DNA of 64,000 nucleotides. It comes from Stegostoma tigrinum. Taxonomy: Eukaryota. Made by a program: the position numbers and the translations under genes. Positions 53,433 through 64,000 of the stretch are shown here, in pieces; positions within the stretch are counted from its first letter, which is position 1; each line of letters starts with the position of its first letter. The DNA is taken from the NCBI RefSeq assembly GCF_030684315.1, contig NC_081365.1:23314062-23378061 (forward strand), read 5' to 3'. Below the pieces are notes generated by a model that had not been told where the DNA came from, ran no database searches, and was given only the letters and a program-made list of their open reading frames with translations.

Positions 53433-55619
53433 GTAAGTTCTTGATTGTTCTTTGTTCTTTGATTACTTAATGACTTTTATTAAAAGCATTGCATCATGGG
53501 CTGTTATTCCCATAAAACAAACTTTACCAGTGTTAGCTGCAGCTGAGTGTGATAGATGTTGTTTATGAATCAGAATGATGTGGACTGAATGAGGATGAGT
53601 ATCTCAAAAATCTGTTAAAGTTCTAACAGTACTAGACAGGGTAAATGCAAAATTAATGACTGGGATTCCAGAACCAGGGGTCATAATTTGATGAGATGGG
53701 GTAGACCACGCAGGATAGAGATGAGAATTTTTTTCTTCACTCCGATGTTGGTGAGCCCTTGGATTCTGTACCACAGGAAGTGGTTGAAGTGAAAACATTG
53801 AAATCTTTCAAGAAAGAGTTCGCCATAGCTCTTAGGGCTAAAGAGATCACAGTATGTGCAGCAAAAGCAGGAAGAGGGTCTTGAGTAGGATGATAGCTGT
53901 GATTATATTGAATGGCAGAGCAGGTAACTTCACTCTTCAAGCCTATTTGTTATGTTTCTATGAAGCCCAACTCTGTAGCAGCCCTGAAGGAGTGGTGTTG
54001 GAGGTGCAGTTTTTCAGATGAACACTTAAACCAAGGCCTTGCATTGTTTTACAAGAGAGATTCCTCCAGCACTATTTCAAAGAAGATCACTGAGTCTTCC
54101 TGATATTCTGGGCAATTCCACAACTCGGATTGTTCAGATTAGGAAATTGTTATTTAAGTGCTGTTTGTGAGACTTTGGTATGTGTAAATTTGAAACCATG
54201 TTTTCCACGCTTATTATTATTGTACTGTACAGTGTTTTAAAACAAATGCTCAATTGCCCTTAAATCACTTTTTGGAATGTTTGAGTAGTTTAAAGTGCTA
54301 TATACGTGGAGAAGACTTCTTCCTTCTTTCTTATTTTCCACTTAAGAATCCAAGTCAATGTACAGGTGAATTTGTGTTTGGCTAAATCTGCCAGCTAAAT
54401 TCAAATGAGAGAGGTGTATTTTTAAAACTGTAACCTGGTTCTTGCTAGGTCTAAAACAGAACTAGAAAATGGTGGATTTGGGCTGCAAGGGTGGTTGCAG
54501 GAGAATGTGTTATAATGAAATGTTGGGAAAACTTAGACTCTTCAGCTTTAAGCAAACACAAGAGAGGGCATTATCAAAGTATGTATGAAAAGAGGGACAG
54601 GAATGGTTGAAATCTGAAAGAGATTATTTTTGAGTTAAACCGCAATTGCAGGATAAGGGAACATGGGTATGGACAGATTTAAAGCAAGTCCTGAACTGGT
54701 GTTAGGAAGCATTATATATCATTCAAATTTGACAAGACAGTGCAGATCAATTTCATTCAATAGAGTACCTGAGGTATTTTATTGCACAAACCAATAGATT
54801 TATATGTATTTCTCAGGTCAAATGTTCTCCGTAAATACAACCCCAAGAGGTCTGGTACAGAGGAACTAGAATCTGTGTACTGTTATAGGAGAATCTTGCT
54901 GGCCCATCCTTACTGAACCCTAGCAGCAGCTACCCCAAGCTTCATTGCTTTGTTCAGCACTCTGCTGTTCTACAACAATGTTACCACCAGTTCCTTTTTG
55001 TTGGAAGACTAACAGGTTTCAGGGGCACCCAAGAATGTCTTTCAGTCAGTTGAAGGTCCTCCAAGAGCAACCTGTTTGTCATTGCTCTTCCCTGAGAACA
55101 GTCCTGTGTCATGGAGTTGCTCATGATGAGCTTTGATACTTCAGGCTGATATACAGATGCTTTGTGGTCATATCTGACAGGAAGATCTTTGATAGAAGTT
55201 TCAAATGTTTACCAACAGCAGTACATATTTCACCCAATTGGTGGTGGTGTCTGTCTGAATTTTTAATTAACAATTACCTTGGTGTATTTTTTCCAAAAAT
55301 AGATTTTATTCATCAAATTTGTAAAAAAAAACATTGGATAAGAACTTAAATTTGTTCTGCTCCCCATTCTCTTCTTGACACCACCTTAATTCTCAATTAT
55401 TTAAAAATTTGTCTTGGGCATGCTAAACTCCTAAACATCCATGCCCTCCCTGAAAATTTGAGTTCACAACCTACTGAATGAAGAAACTGATCTCATCACT
55501 GTTGGAAATGCTGACCTCTCATTCCGGAAACTCTATCCCCTAGTTTTGGACTCTGCAGTCAGAGAAATATCCTTTTTCATTGTCTACCCTGCCGAGCTCT
55601 CTTTTTAAACTCTTCACAT

Positions 55620-56980
55620 TTGATTTGATTTATTATTGTCATGTATACCAAGAAACAGTGAAAAGTATTGTTTTACATGCTATCCAGACAAATCATCCCT
55701 TGGGTGAGAACATCGGGGTAATACAACAGGATATAATGTTACAGCTACAGAGGTGCAATAAAAGATCACCTCTAATATAAAGTCCATTCATAAGTCTGGT
55801 AACACAGGGAAGAAGCTGATCTTAAATCTGCTGGTCTGTGTTTTCAAATTTTGTATCTTCTCCCCAAAGGAAAAGCGTGGAAGAGTGTGTAACTGGGGTA
55901 AGTGGGGTCTTTGTTTATGATAATGGGAACTGCAGATGCTGGAGAATCGAAGATAATAAAATGTGAGGCTGGATGAACACAGCAGGCCCAGCAGCATCTC
56001 AAGAGCACAAAAGCTGACGTTTCGGGCCTAGACCCTTCATCAGAGAGGGGGATGGGGTGAGGGTTCTGGAATAAATAGGGAGAGAGGGGGAGGTGGACCG
56101 AAGATGGAGAGAAAAGAAGATAGGTGGAGAGAGTATAGGTGAGGAGGTAGGGAGGGGATAGGTCAGTCCAGGGAAGACGGACAGGTCAAGGAGGTGGGAT
56201 GAGGTTAGTAGGTTGGAGATGGAGGTGCGGCTTGGGGTGGGAGGAAGGGATGGGTGAGAGGAAGAACAGGTTAGGGAGGCAGAGACAGGTTGGACTGGTT
56301 TTGGGATGCAGTGGGTGGAGGGGAAGAGCTGGGCTGGTTTAGGAACCCTGCAGCCTAATGGTATCAATGTGGACTTCACCAGCTTCAAAATCTCCCCTTC
56401 CCCCACCGCATCCCTAAACCAGCCCAGTTTACTCTCAGGAACTTGAAACACTCAAGCACTTTCACATCAGTGCACCAGTACTGATGAGGGCATATCCTCC
56501 GCTCTGCTTTCTGAAGTCAATGACCGTCTCTTTCCTTTTGCTGACATTGAGAAAGAGGTTGTTTTTACACCGTGCTTCTGTGCTGTCTACCTCTTTCGTG
56601 CACGCTGTCTTGTCATTGTTTGCGATCCAACCCACTATGGTGGTGTCATCAGCAAATTTCTAAATGGAGTTAGAGCTGAATTTGGCCGTGCAGTTCAATG
56701 TATAAGGGTATAGTAAAGGGCTGAGTATGCAGCCTTGTGGGCACTGGTGTTTTGTAGAGGAGGTATTATTGCCTATCCTTACTGAATGCAGTCTGTAGGT
56801 CGGGAAGTCGAGGATCCCGTTGCAGAGGTGGGAGTAAGAGACCTAGATATCAAAGTTTAGAAATGAATTTTGTTGGAATTATGGTGTTGTAGGCAGAGCT
56901 AAAGTCAATAAGTAGGAGTCTGACATAGGTGTCCTTGTTATCCAGATGTTCCATAGATGAGTGTAGGGCCAGGAGCACGG
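55620..56980 (-). mobile_element. Rex1/Babar-like LINE remnant interrupted by a PLE fragment
   Basis: The minus strand gives KFADDTTIVG-like sequence near 56630-56660; the tail ends in (CAAAT)n near 55620. Confidence 0.6.
55918..56430 (-). mobile_element. Young PLE 3' fragment with inverted 5' segment; hammerhead motif at 56045-56013
   Basis: 55918-56340 is highly similar to the reverse complement of about 23960-24355, including CTGATGAAGGGTCTAGGCCCGAAACGTC. 56341-56430 is the adjacent upstream sequence in the opposite orientation. Confidence 0.88.
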
Positions 56981-57327
56981 TTTTCAGTGGAAGAATGAGA
57001 GTATCTCATTTGATTAAACTCCAGAAACTAAAAGGCTGATTTGTTCATCCGTTCTTCACCCAAAGGAATCTGGAATGGTTTTCTACATTGAAGTGGAACT
57101 GAAAAAAAGCCTTGAATTTTTTGGATGTTGAGAGATAGCAATACATTAGATGAGCTAACCCTCTCTGCACTTGTTTTGTGATCATAGCTTATTTTCTGGC
57201 ATGAATTTTTGAACAAAAATTATCCTGCTAGTTCCTAGGAGAGTTATTTGGTAGTCCAGGTTACAAAAATTCCTACAAAAGTAATGTACATAGCATGGCT
57301 CATCGCGCTATACATTGAAATATGTAA

Positions 57328-57483
<156 letters not shown>

Positions 57484-57517
57484 TAGTGATCTAAAAATCA
57501 TATCAAAGACAGAAATA

Positions 57518-57832
57518 GGGGTGGCACAGTGACTCAGTGGTTAGCACTGCAGCCTCACAGCACCAGGGACCCAGGTTTGATTCCAGCCTTGGTCAACTGT
57601 CTGTGTGGAGTTTGCACATTCTTCCTGTGTCTGCGTGGGTTTCCTCCGGGTGCTCCGGTTTCCTCCCACAGTCCAAAGATGTGCAGGCTAGGTGGATCGG
57701 CCTTGATAAAATTGCCTGCAGTGTTCAGGGGTGTTTGGGTTATAGGTGAATGGGTCTGGGTGGGATGCTTCAAGGGGCAGTGTGGACTTGTTGGGCTGAA
57801 GGGCCTGTTTCCACACTGTAGGGAATCTAATC
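57518..57832 (+). mobile_element. HE1/V-SINE-type SINE
   Basis: Full head, core and tail, as in the other copies. Confidence 0.88.
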
Positions 57833-57896
57833 AAAAAAAATATATATCTGGTGTATTGCCAATGGGGATGCAAGTTTAAAAATACAAAGAATTAAA

Positions 57897-58110
57897 CCAG
57901 GTGTAGAGCTGGATGAACACAGCAGGCTAAGCAGCATGAGAGGAGCGGGAAAGTTAATGTTTTGGGTCTGGACCCCCTTTCTCTGAAGAAGGGTCCAGAC
58001 CCGAAATGTCAGCTTTCCTGCTGCTCTGATGCTGCTTGGCCTGCTGTGTTCATTCAGCTCCACACCTTGTCATCTCAGATTCTCCAGCATCGGCAGTTCA
58101 TACTATTTCT
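57897..58110. mobile_element. Fold-back mini-element of two PLE termini with hammerhead motif
   Basis: About 75-bp inverted arms around about 57980; plus-strand CTGAAGA-A-GGGT(ccag)ACCC-GAAA-TGTC at 57983-58010. Confidence 0.85.
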
Positions 58111-60636
58111 GAAAGAATTGAACCAGCTTTCTTGGGAAAAAAAACTTCAGTGCTGTGAAGAGTATAACTGTTTTTATTCATTCATGGGATACACACACAA
58201 CAGCAAAGTCTGCATTTGTTGCTTACCCCATATTGCTTTTGTGAGGGTGATGAGCCATTTGCTGTAAATTTGAGGTTCCTGTATAGGTGGTGTTGGAAAA
58301 GGAGTTCCAGGAACTTGATCCAATGACGCTGAAGGAACCACAATGTTTCCAAGTCAGAGTAGTGCTGATTCGAAGGGAAACTTCCAGTTGATGCTGTTCC
58401 CATGCACCTGCTGCTCATGTCCTCCAACATGGCAAAGATCATGGATTTGGAAGCGCCCTGATCTGGCAGTTTGAACTATTGTCCAGTGTTCAAATTTATG
58501 TTCACTTGTACTTAGTCTAGGCACTGCTGTCAACTGGAAATGATAACGAGAAAGCTGGTACGTTTTCTCAGGGTTGAACAATTGGAAATGTCTCCATTCA
58601 GTCATCTTAAGTAATGGCTTGAGCACAGGTTGGTCAACTAGAAAGGGCATGATTGGATGGGGAAGGGCAAGACTAAAACAGGAAAAAATAATAGATTTTG
58701 AGAATTTTATTTCATTTTCATTTCAAATGAAAAAGAGAATAGAGTGTAACAATAAGAATTGTCAAAAATAAATTGTGGGTTCTGCCTCTAGGCTTTGGGT
58801 TCTAGCTTATTTGTGGGTTGTCATTCAATGAAACATTCAGCAAGATGCAGACCACAAGCTATGTGAAATGACAAGTGAATATAAAAATGTTCATTTCACG
58901 AGAACATATAGTGTGGTGCTTTGCTGGTATCACACCAGGCGACCTATTGTTGTTTTGTTTCACGTTTTGTGTATGTGACTCTCTTCGGTTGCTAAAATCA
59001 TTCCTGTCCTCAGTCACTAGTCATGTTGAAAGTAAACTTTGGTTTGGTCACTGAAGAAGCCGCAGAATTTTATTTTTGTTGTTTCATTTTTGTGTTTGAA
59101 AATTTGTTTTTGCAAGTTGTTTCCTTCTCGGCCTGAGTAATGCAACCTCTCTCTGGCTCTGACTCTTTGGGTGCGCATTACACTTAAAGGATTAAAATGG
59201 AAGGAGGTACACATGAGCGAGCTAGTTTCCTCGTCATTCTGTCTTGTGACCCCTTGCATCAATTTGTGCCTCTGCATCGACAAAGCTGAAGTTGATAACT
59301 TGGTGAAGCATTGCAGGTTTTACATATGCACAGCTACCATTTGTTTTTGCTTCAGTTGCCTAGGGCACCATTTTAATTAGTTACATTTTTATTCTTTCTA
59401 AAGAATGGATTTCCAATATCAGACTAGTGCAAAATAGACACTAATTTGGAAATCGGGCATCATTCGAATTTTGGGAAGTGAGCCAAGTTTGTTTTTAAAA
59501 ACAAAATAGAAATGTTTCCGTTGAGATGTGATTTTTCTCTCCTGTGCCACCTTTTTGAAGCCAAGAGAGTTCAAGGGTATGGAACCAAGGTGGTCAGCTA
59601 ATAATACATATCAAGCATAACAGGCTTGAAGGGCTGAATGACCTACTATAGTTCTTTGAGCTAAATTTACAATGGAAGAAGCCCTCAAATACCTTGCTCC
59701 AAGTAAACATTCATTTATGAGCCAAGGTTGTGGAGAGTGTTTACAGGCCTGCTTGACTGTATTCTCACCCAACATCCATAGATGTACTTACAGCAGCCTT
59801 CATTGCATAGCAATTAAGAATTGGATACCTGCAGTTTGTTAAAGGATATTTTTCCTGTTGGATCTAAAGATGGAAACAGTTCATAGCATTTCAGTTACTG
59901 CCATAACTAGAATCAGCAAAATCTAGATAGATGAAGAGCTGAACTTCCTGGTCTTGTCTTCTTGCTGCAATGATGCTTTTGTTTGTTAGGGAGGAGATTT
60001 GTTTTTAAAAACAGCAACCATCTGAACAGTGTTGTAAAAAAAATCATAATATCTTCATAATATTAAGTCCTTGGCATAGCTCCGATAGCTAATGGCATGA
60101 GATAATTTTAAGTGCAGACCTACCATGTGCCATGATTCTTTCAGTGAGAAGAATTGTGGGACATGGTGTCTCATACTTTATAACCAAGATGTGTTTTTGA
60201 AAGGTTTTCAATTGCAGACCAAGTGTGCAAGCAAGATAAGTGAAATATTTTCCTGCTGGTTGTGGTTAATCCTATTTAAAATATAGTAAGTTTTAGTTTT
60301 ATTATAATTTTTCAGGAAACTGCCAAGTTTAGAGTCAGATTTTTTCTTAATTTTACGTGGTCACAGTTTGATACTTAAATTTTAAGACCCACAGTCATTT
60401 TTATAGGCTGCTCTGAGCAAGCGTTTTTAGTTTTAAATCAGTGTTGAGTGGTGTACATGCACTGATAATGTTCTTTTAATGTCACAAGCTATTGTCATGA
60501 TCAAAAATAAAATCTTTTTCTGTGCTGCGCTTATTGGGTGGAAAATTGCAGATTGCTAACATTGTTGGTGCTGCTGGAAAGTGCACTTGCAGACGGGAAA
60601 ATGTCGAAGTTTCCTTGGTTTTTTTTTAAATTACTT

Positions 60637-60941
60637 AGTGTGGAAACAGACCCTTTGGCCCAGCAAGTCCACACCGCCTCTTGAAGCATCCCAACCAGAT
60701 CCATCCCCCTATAGCCCACATACCCCACATACCCCTGAACACTATGGGCAATTTAGCATGGCCAATCCACCTAGTCTGCACATCTTTGGACTGTGGGAGG
60801 AAATCGGAGCACCCGGAGAAAACCCACGCAGACACGGAGAATGTGCAAACTCTACACAGGCAGTCGCCCGAGGCTGGAATCGAACCTGGGTCCCTAGTGC
60901 TGTGAGGCTGCAGTGCTAACCACTGAGCCACCGTGCTGCCC
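60637..60941 (-). mobile_element. HE1/V-SINE-type SINE
   Basis: The reverse strand starts GGGGCAGCACGGTGGCTCAGTGGTTAGCACTGC with intact A and B boxes. Confidence 0.88.
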
Positions 60942-61199
60942 CAGTGCTGATCCAGTGCATGCATTCTCTCAGTACCTTGGAGTTTTGCCATGGTTTCTGA
61001 TCTAAGAGCTCAAGAGAAATGTAGGGTTCTAGTAGTCAGTCATGACAGAAATTTCAACAATCTTGAAGTAGTATGCAAAGGGACAGGTTTGTAATAATGT
61101 AACATAGGTGTACCTGTTACTCTGCAAATAGAACTTTGGATGCTAATGCTTTCCCTTTTGCCCAAGGCTGCTCCAAATCCATTTGAAGCATCGGATATC

Positions 61200-63100
61200 A
61201 GCTGAGGCTAGATATGCCAACATAGAAAGTGTGTGTTTGGCAGCAAAATATGGACATGAGAAATTTCACACCTATCTCCGGGTGAAAATTTATAGCTGAG
61301 AATAATAATTCATCATGAGAGCAGACCCAGAGGAAAAATCTGTGTGAAGTTTGAGTGAAGCTACAGTTTATTTTCTGGTTTGAAACTGAGTGAAGTAGTA
61401 CTACTACATGACTTGGAGTCAAGACCAGCAAGGACAAAGACTTAACGGATTTTCTCTCAGCATGCAATCCAGTGATGACCGGACAGGATTCAGCCAGCAA
61501 TACTGCAGCGTTACATTATCGGACATGATATCTCATTAGAAGGTGGTGTTCTGTAATCCAGAATAATGTGCAAAGAGCAGTTCCGGAAGATGCATGAAGA
61601 ACATGTGGAATGGAGAAGTAGAAACTCAGACCTAGTTTAACTGTGTACTGCATGTACACAAATATCAAAGTATCTGTATGTCATAAGTATGGAAAAACCC
61701 AGGGGAAAGAGAAGATGGTAGCTACTGATGTGCGGCCTCAAACTGGCATAGTATAGAAACTGATTTACTCACACACAGTCAAGACCGTTATCTCATACTT
61801 ACACACTGCTACACAGAATTCGCTTTTGTCTGAAGCACAAAAGATTTGAGAGCTTTAAATTATCTTGGTAGGAAGAGATCTGTTCACTGAGCAAGGGATT
61901 CCGAACAATGGAACTCCAGTTGACTTCTAGAAAATTTTAAGGAACTCTCAACCGTATGGGATCAACTCCAAGATATTTCCCAAAAGAATATTGGTTTAGA
62001 AAACAAAGCCTGTAAATGGTCAAGAGAGCCCTCCTGATGCTGGGAGTTTAGGGAAGACCCAGATCTTGACTTGGTATCGTTCCCTGAGCTACACCTCTCA
62101 GTGCTGACGTAAAATCACCTCCTGTTTCTATCCACCGTCTAATCTTTAGATCATGGCTTTTTTGTTAGTCCTCCACCTTCATTAGTCTGGAGATTTGTTT
62201 TAATTCTTTCGGGTTTTGGTCTTTCCAGTTCAGGACCACCTTGTGTTTGCAATTTAGTAGCACGTTGATCTTTTGGGCCTTCTCATCAATCCTGCCTTGA
62301 TCTCCTGGTAAAGAAACCTAGAATCTCCTTGCAAGTGTTGCTTATTGGTGGATTTAAGAGCAGACTAGGTAGTGTGAATATTCTGTGGTTCCTGTTCATT
62401 TAAGCAATTCAAAGTTGACTGAACCACTGTCTGAGTAACTCTTTCTTCAGCAGGTGCTTGAGTTCATCAACATTTTACATTTCCTATGGCCGTGCATCTG
62501 ACACTGCCCTTTTTGTGTCAGCTGATAGAAATTGTAGATCAGATGAGGCAATAATTTGTCAGCCCAGTATCTGTCAGCGCCTGTCATGTTCCAGATGATG
62601 AAACCACCCTGTGCTTGAATGATTTAGTTGAGTAGATGCCAAAAGGTCTTGCATTTATGTTTCTGATAAAGTTGTGTATTTGCTGTGATCAGACCATGTT
62701 CTCAGAATTTTGTCAGACTCTGTTGCTGTTTATTTCTCTAAGCTTAATTTGACAACCACACCTTTCCAAAGTTTGCGCCCCTCCCAACTCTGGCATTGAA
62801 ATCACTAATGATGGTCAAATTGTTTGTTTTTTTATGGCTAAAATAACCCCACAATGTCAGTGTTTGTTTTGATTATGTAAGTTTATCCACAACTACGGGA
62901 GGTTGTTCCTCCAGTTTGGTTGCCCATGGAAACTGAGCACCATCCTGTGCTTCCTGCATATTGGCACGCAAGCGGCGATACTCTTTTCACGTCTACTGCA
63001 GTTCCAGTATGTGTGCAGATTAGGATTAAGATGGCTATGCCTTTGCACTCTTCTCTCTTCATCTTCCTTGTCACAGAACTCCATCCCCACATCCATGAAG
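61200..63100. mobile_element. Highly decayed LTR-retrotransposon (gag/pol/integrase-like) fragments
   Basis: Weak integrase-like NNGTPV segment near 61905 and gag-like remnants on the minus strand near 62900-63090; recognition is tentative. Confidence 0.35.
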
Positions 63101-63299
63101 CTTCCCTCTGGTGTGAAGCTAATTTACAGGATGAGTGAGATACTTTTCAATCTGCATTGTCTGTAGTCCAGAACAAGATCACTCTAACCTCTGTTCAGTT
63201 GCAGTGAACACTTGGATGTGTACACATTCAGAAGGCAAGCACTGAAATAACATCAATGTCTTCAGAGGCCTAGAAGGAATGAGTCTAAAGCTAAACAGC

Positions 63300-63720
63300 T
63301 GAAAGGCAAAGGTATTCCACCGTGTTTGTTCTCGCTTGTTAAATAGTGTCCCTCAACAATCAAGACCCAATGGACAATGGGAGTCAATTCCTGTATATTG
63401 GGAGTGTCATCTCAGCGACGGCTGACATTGATTCTGACTCTGAAACTCAACATCACCTTCAATATTCCAGTGCCATTTTGGCACCCTGAGGAACAGAAAG
63501 TTTAAGTGACCTCAAGCCTGACAGCAAATTCAAGGTCAACAGGGTATAACAGTATTGCCAGTCCTCCTCATTATATCGGAGCCACAAATAATATCCAGTA
63601 GGCACCTCCAGTTGCATGAGAAATATCATTAGCAATGCCCCTACAAAACCCTGCAAATACACTAACAGTCTTACCAATATGATTATTTCAAATTTATGGG
63701 AAGGGGAAAATATACAAATT
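63300..63720 (+). mobile_element. RTE-clade LINE remnant
   Basis: QFLYIGSVISATADID...QHHLQYSSA resembles the F-YLGS-I motif region of RTE ORFs. Confidence 0.55.
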
Positions 63721-64000
63721 GCAGATGTGCAGCAGTCATTAAGGAAGATTCCTGCATCTAGTGCCTGATTTCTGGAGTTCATACATTTGCATGGTGTTCT
63801 GAAAGTGTGCTATTATAGTGCAGTGGAAGCTTGAATAAGATGTACTGTATTGTAGATGGGCAATCATATTACCTGAGAGGATGAAGGCCACATGTTTTCT
63901 TACAAGGTGGGAAAATTAAGGGTTTATGGTTGGAGTCCCTTTTATTTGCTGGCCTTGGGCACTACTGAAGGCTGTAAGCAAACCTCTAATTTGTTTTCTG

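Noticed and set aside
60870-60941. tRNA-like sequences at SINE heads (also 1332, 7338, 14012, 38267, 57518)
   Set aside because: They run directly into SINE bodies and lack a complete cloverleaf, so they are not tRNA genes.

Overview
Eukaryotic genomic DNA, not prokaryotic. It is almost certainly from a shark or other elasmobranch, judged from the HE1/V-SINE-type SINEs, CR1-like LINEs and abundant Penelope-like elements. Three host genes are visible. GART is on the minus strand (first coding exon 207-351, candidate promoter about 4230-4520). DNAJC28 is a single-exon CDS on the plus strand (9536-10615). TMEM50B is on the plus strand (promoter about 21370-21757, coding exons 35223-35321, 53323-53432 and 57357-57424, remaining exons apparently beyond the window). 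Most other sequence is transposon-derived: Penelope-like elements (PLEs, RT plus GIY-YIG), a decayed Gypsy LTR element with both LTRs, CR1/Rex/RTE LINE fragments and two SINE families. The most notable signal is at the 3' ends of the PLEs and of many short fold-back derivatives. These carry a minimal type-I hammerhead ribozyme motif (CTGA-N-GA, stem II, GAAACGT-H) whose stems covary between subfamilies. Also notable are a helically phased CCAAT + TALE-like decamer array at the TMEM50B promoter, a nested double hairpin beside the GART promoter, and GART lying divergent to DNAJC28, unlike the human arrangement. All calls were made by eye without database searches, and repeat boundaries are approximate.
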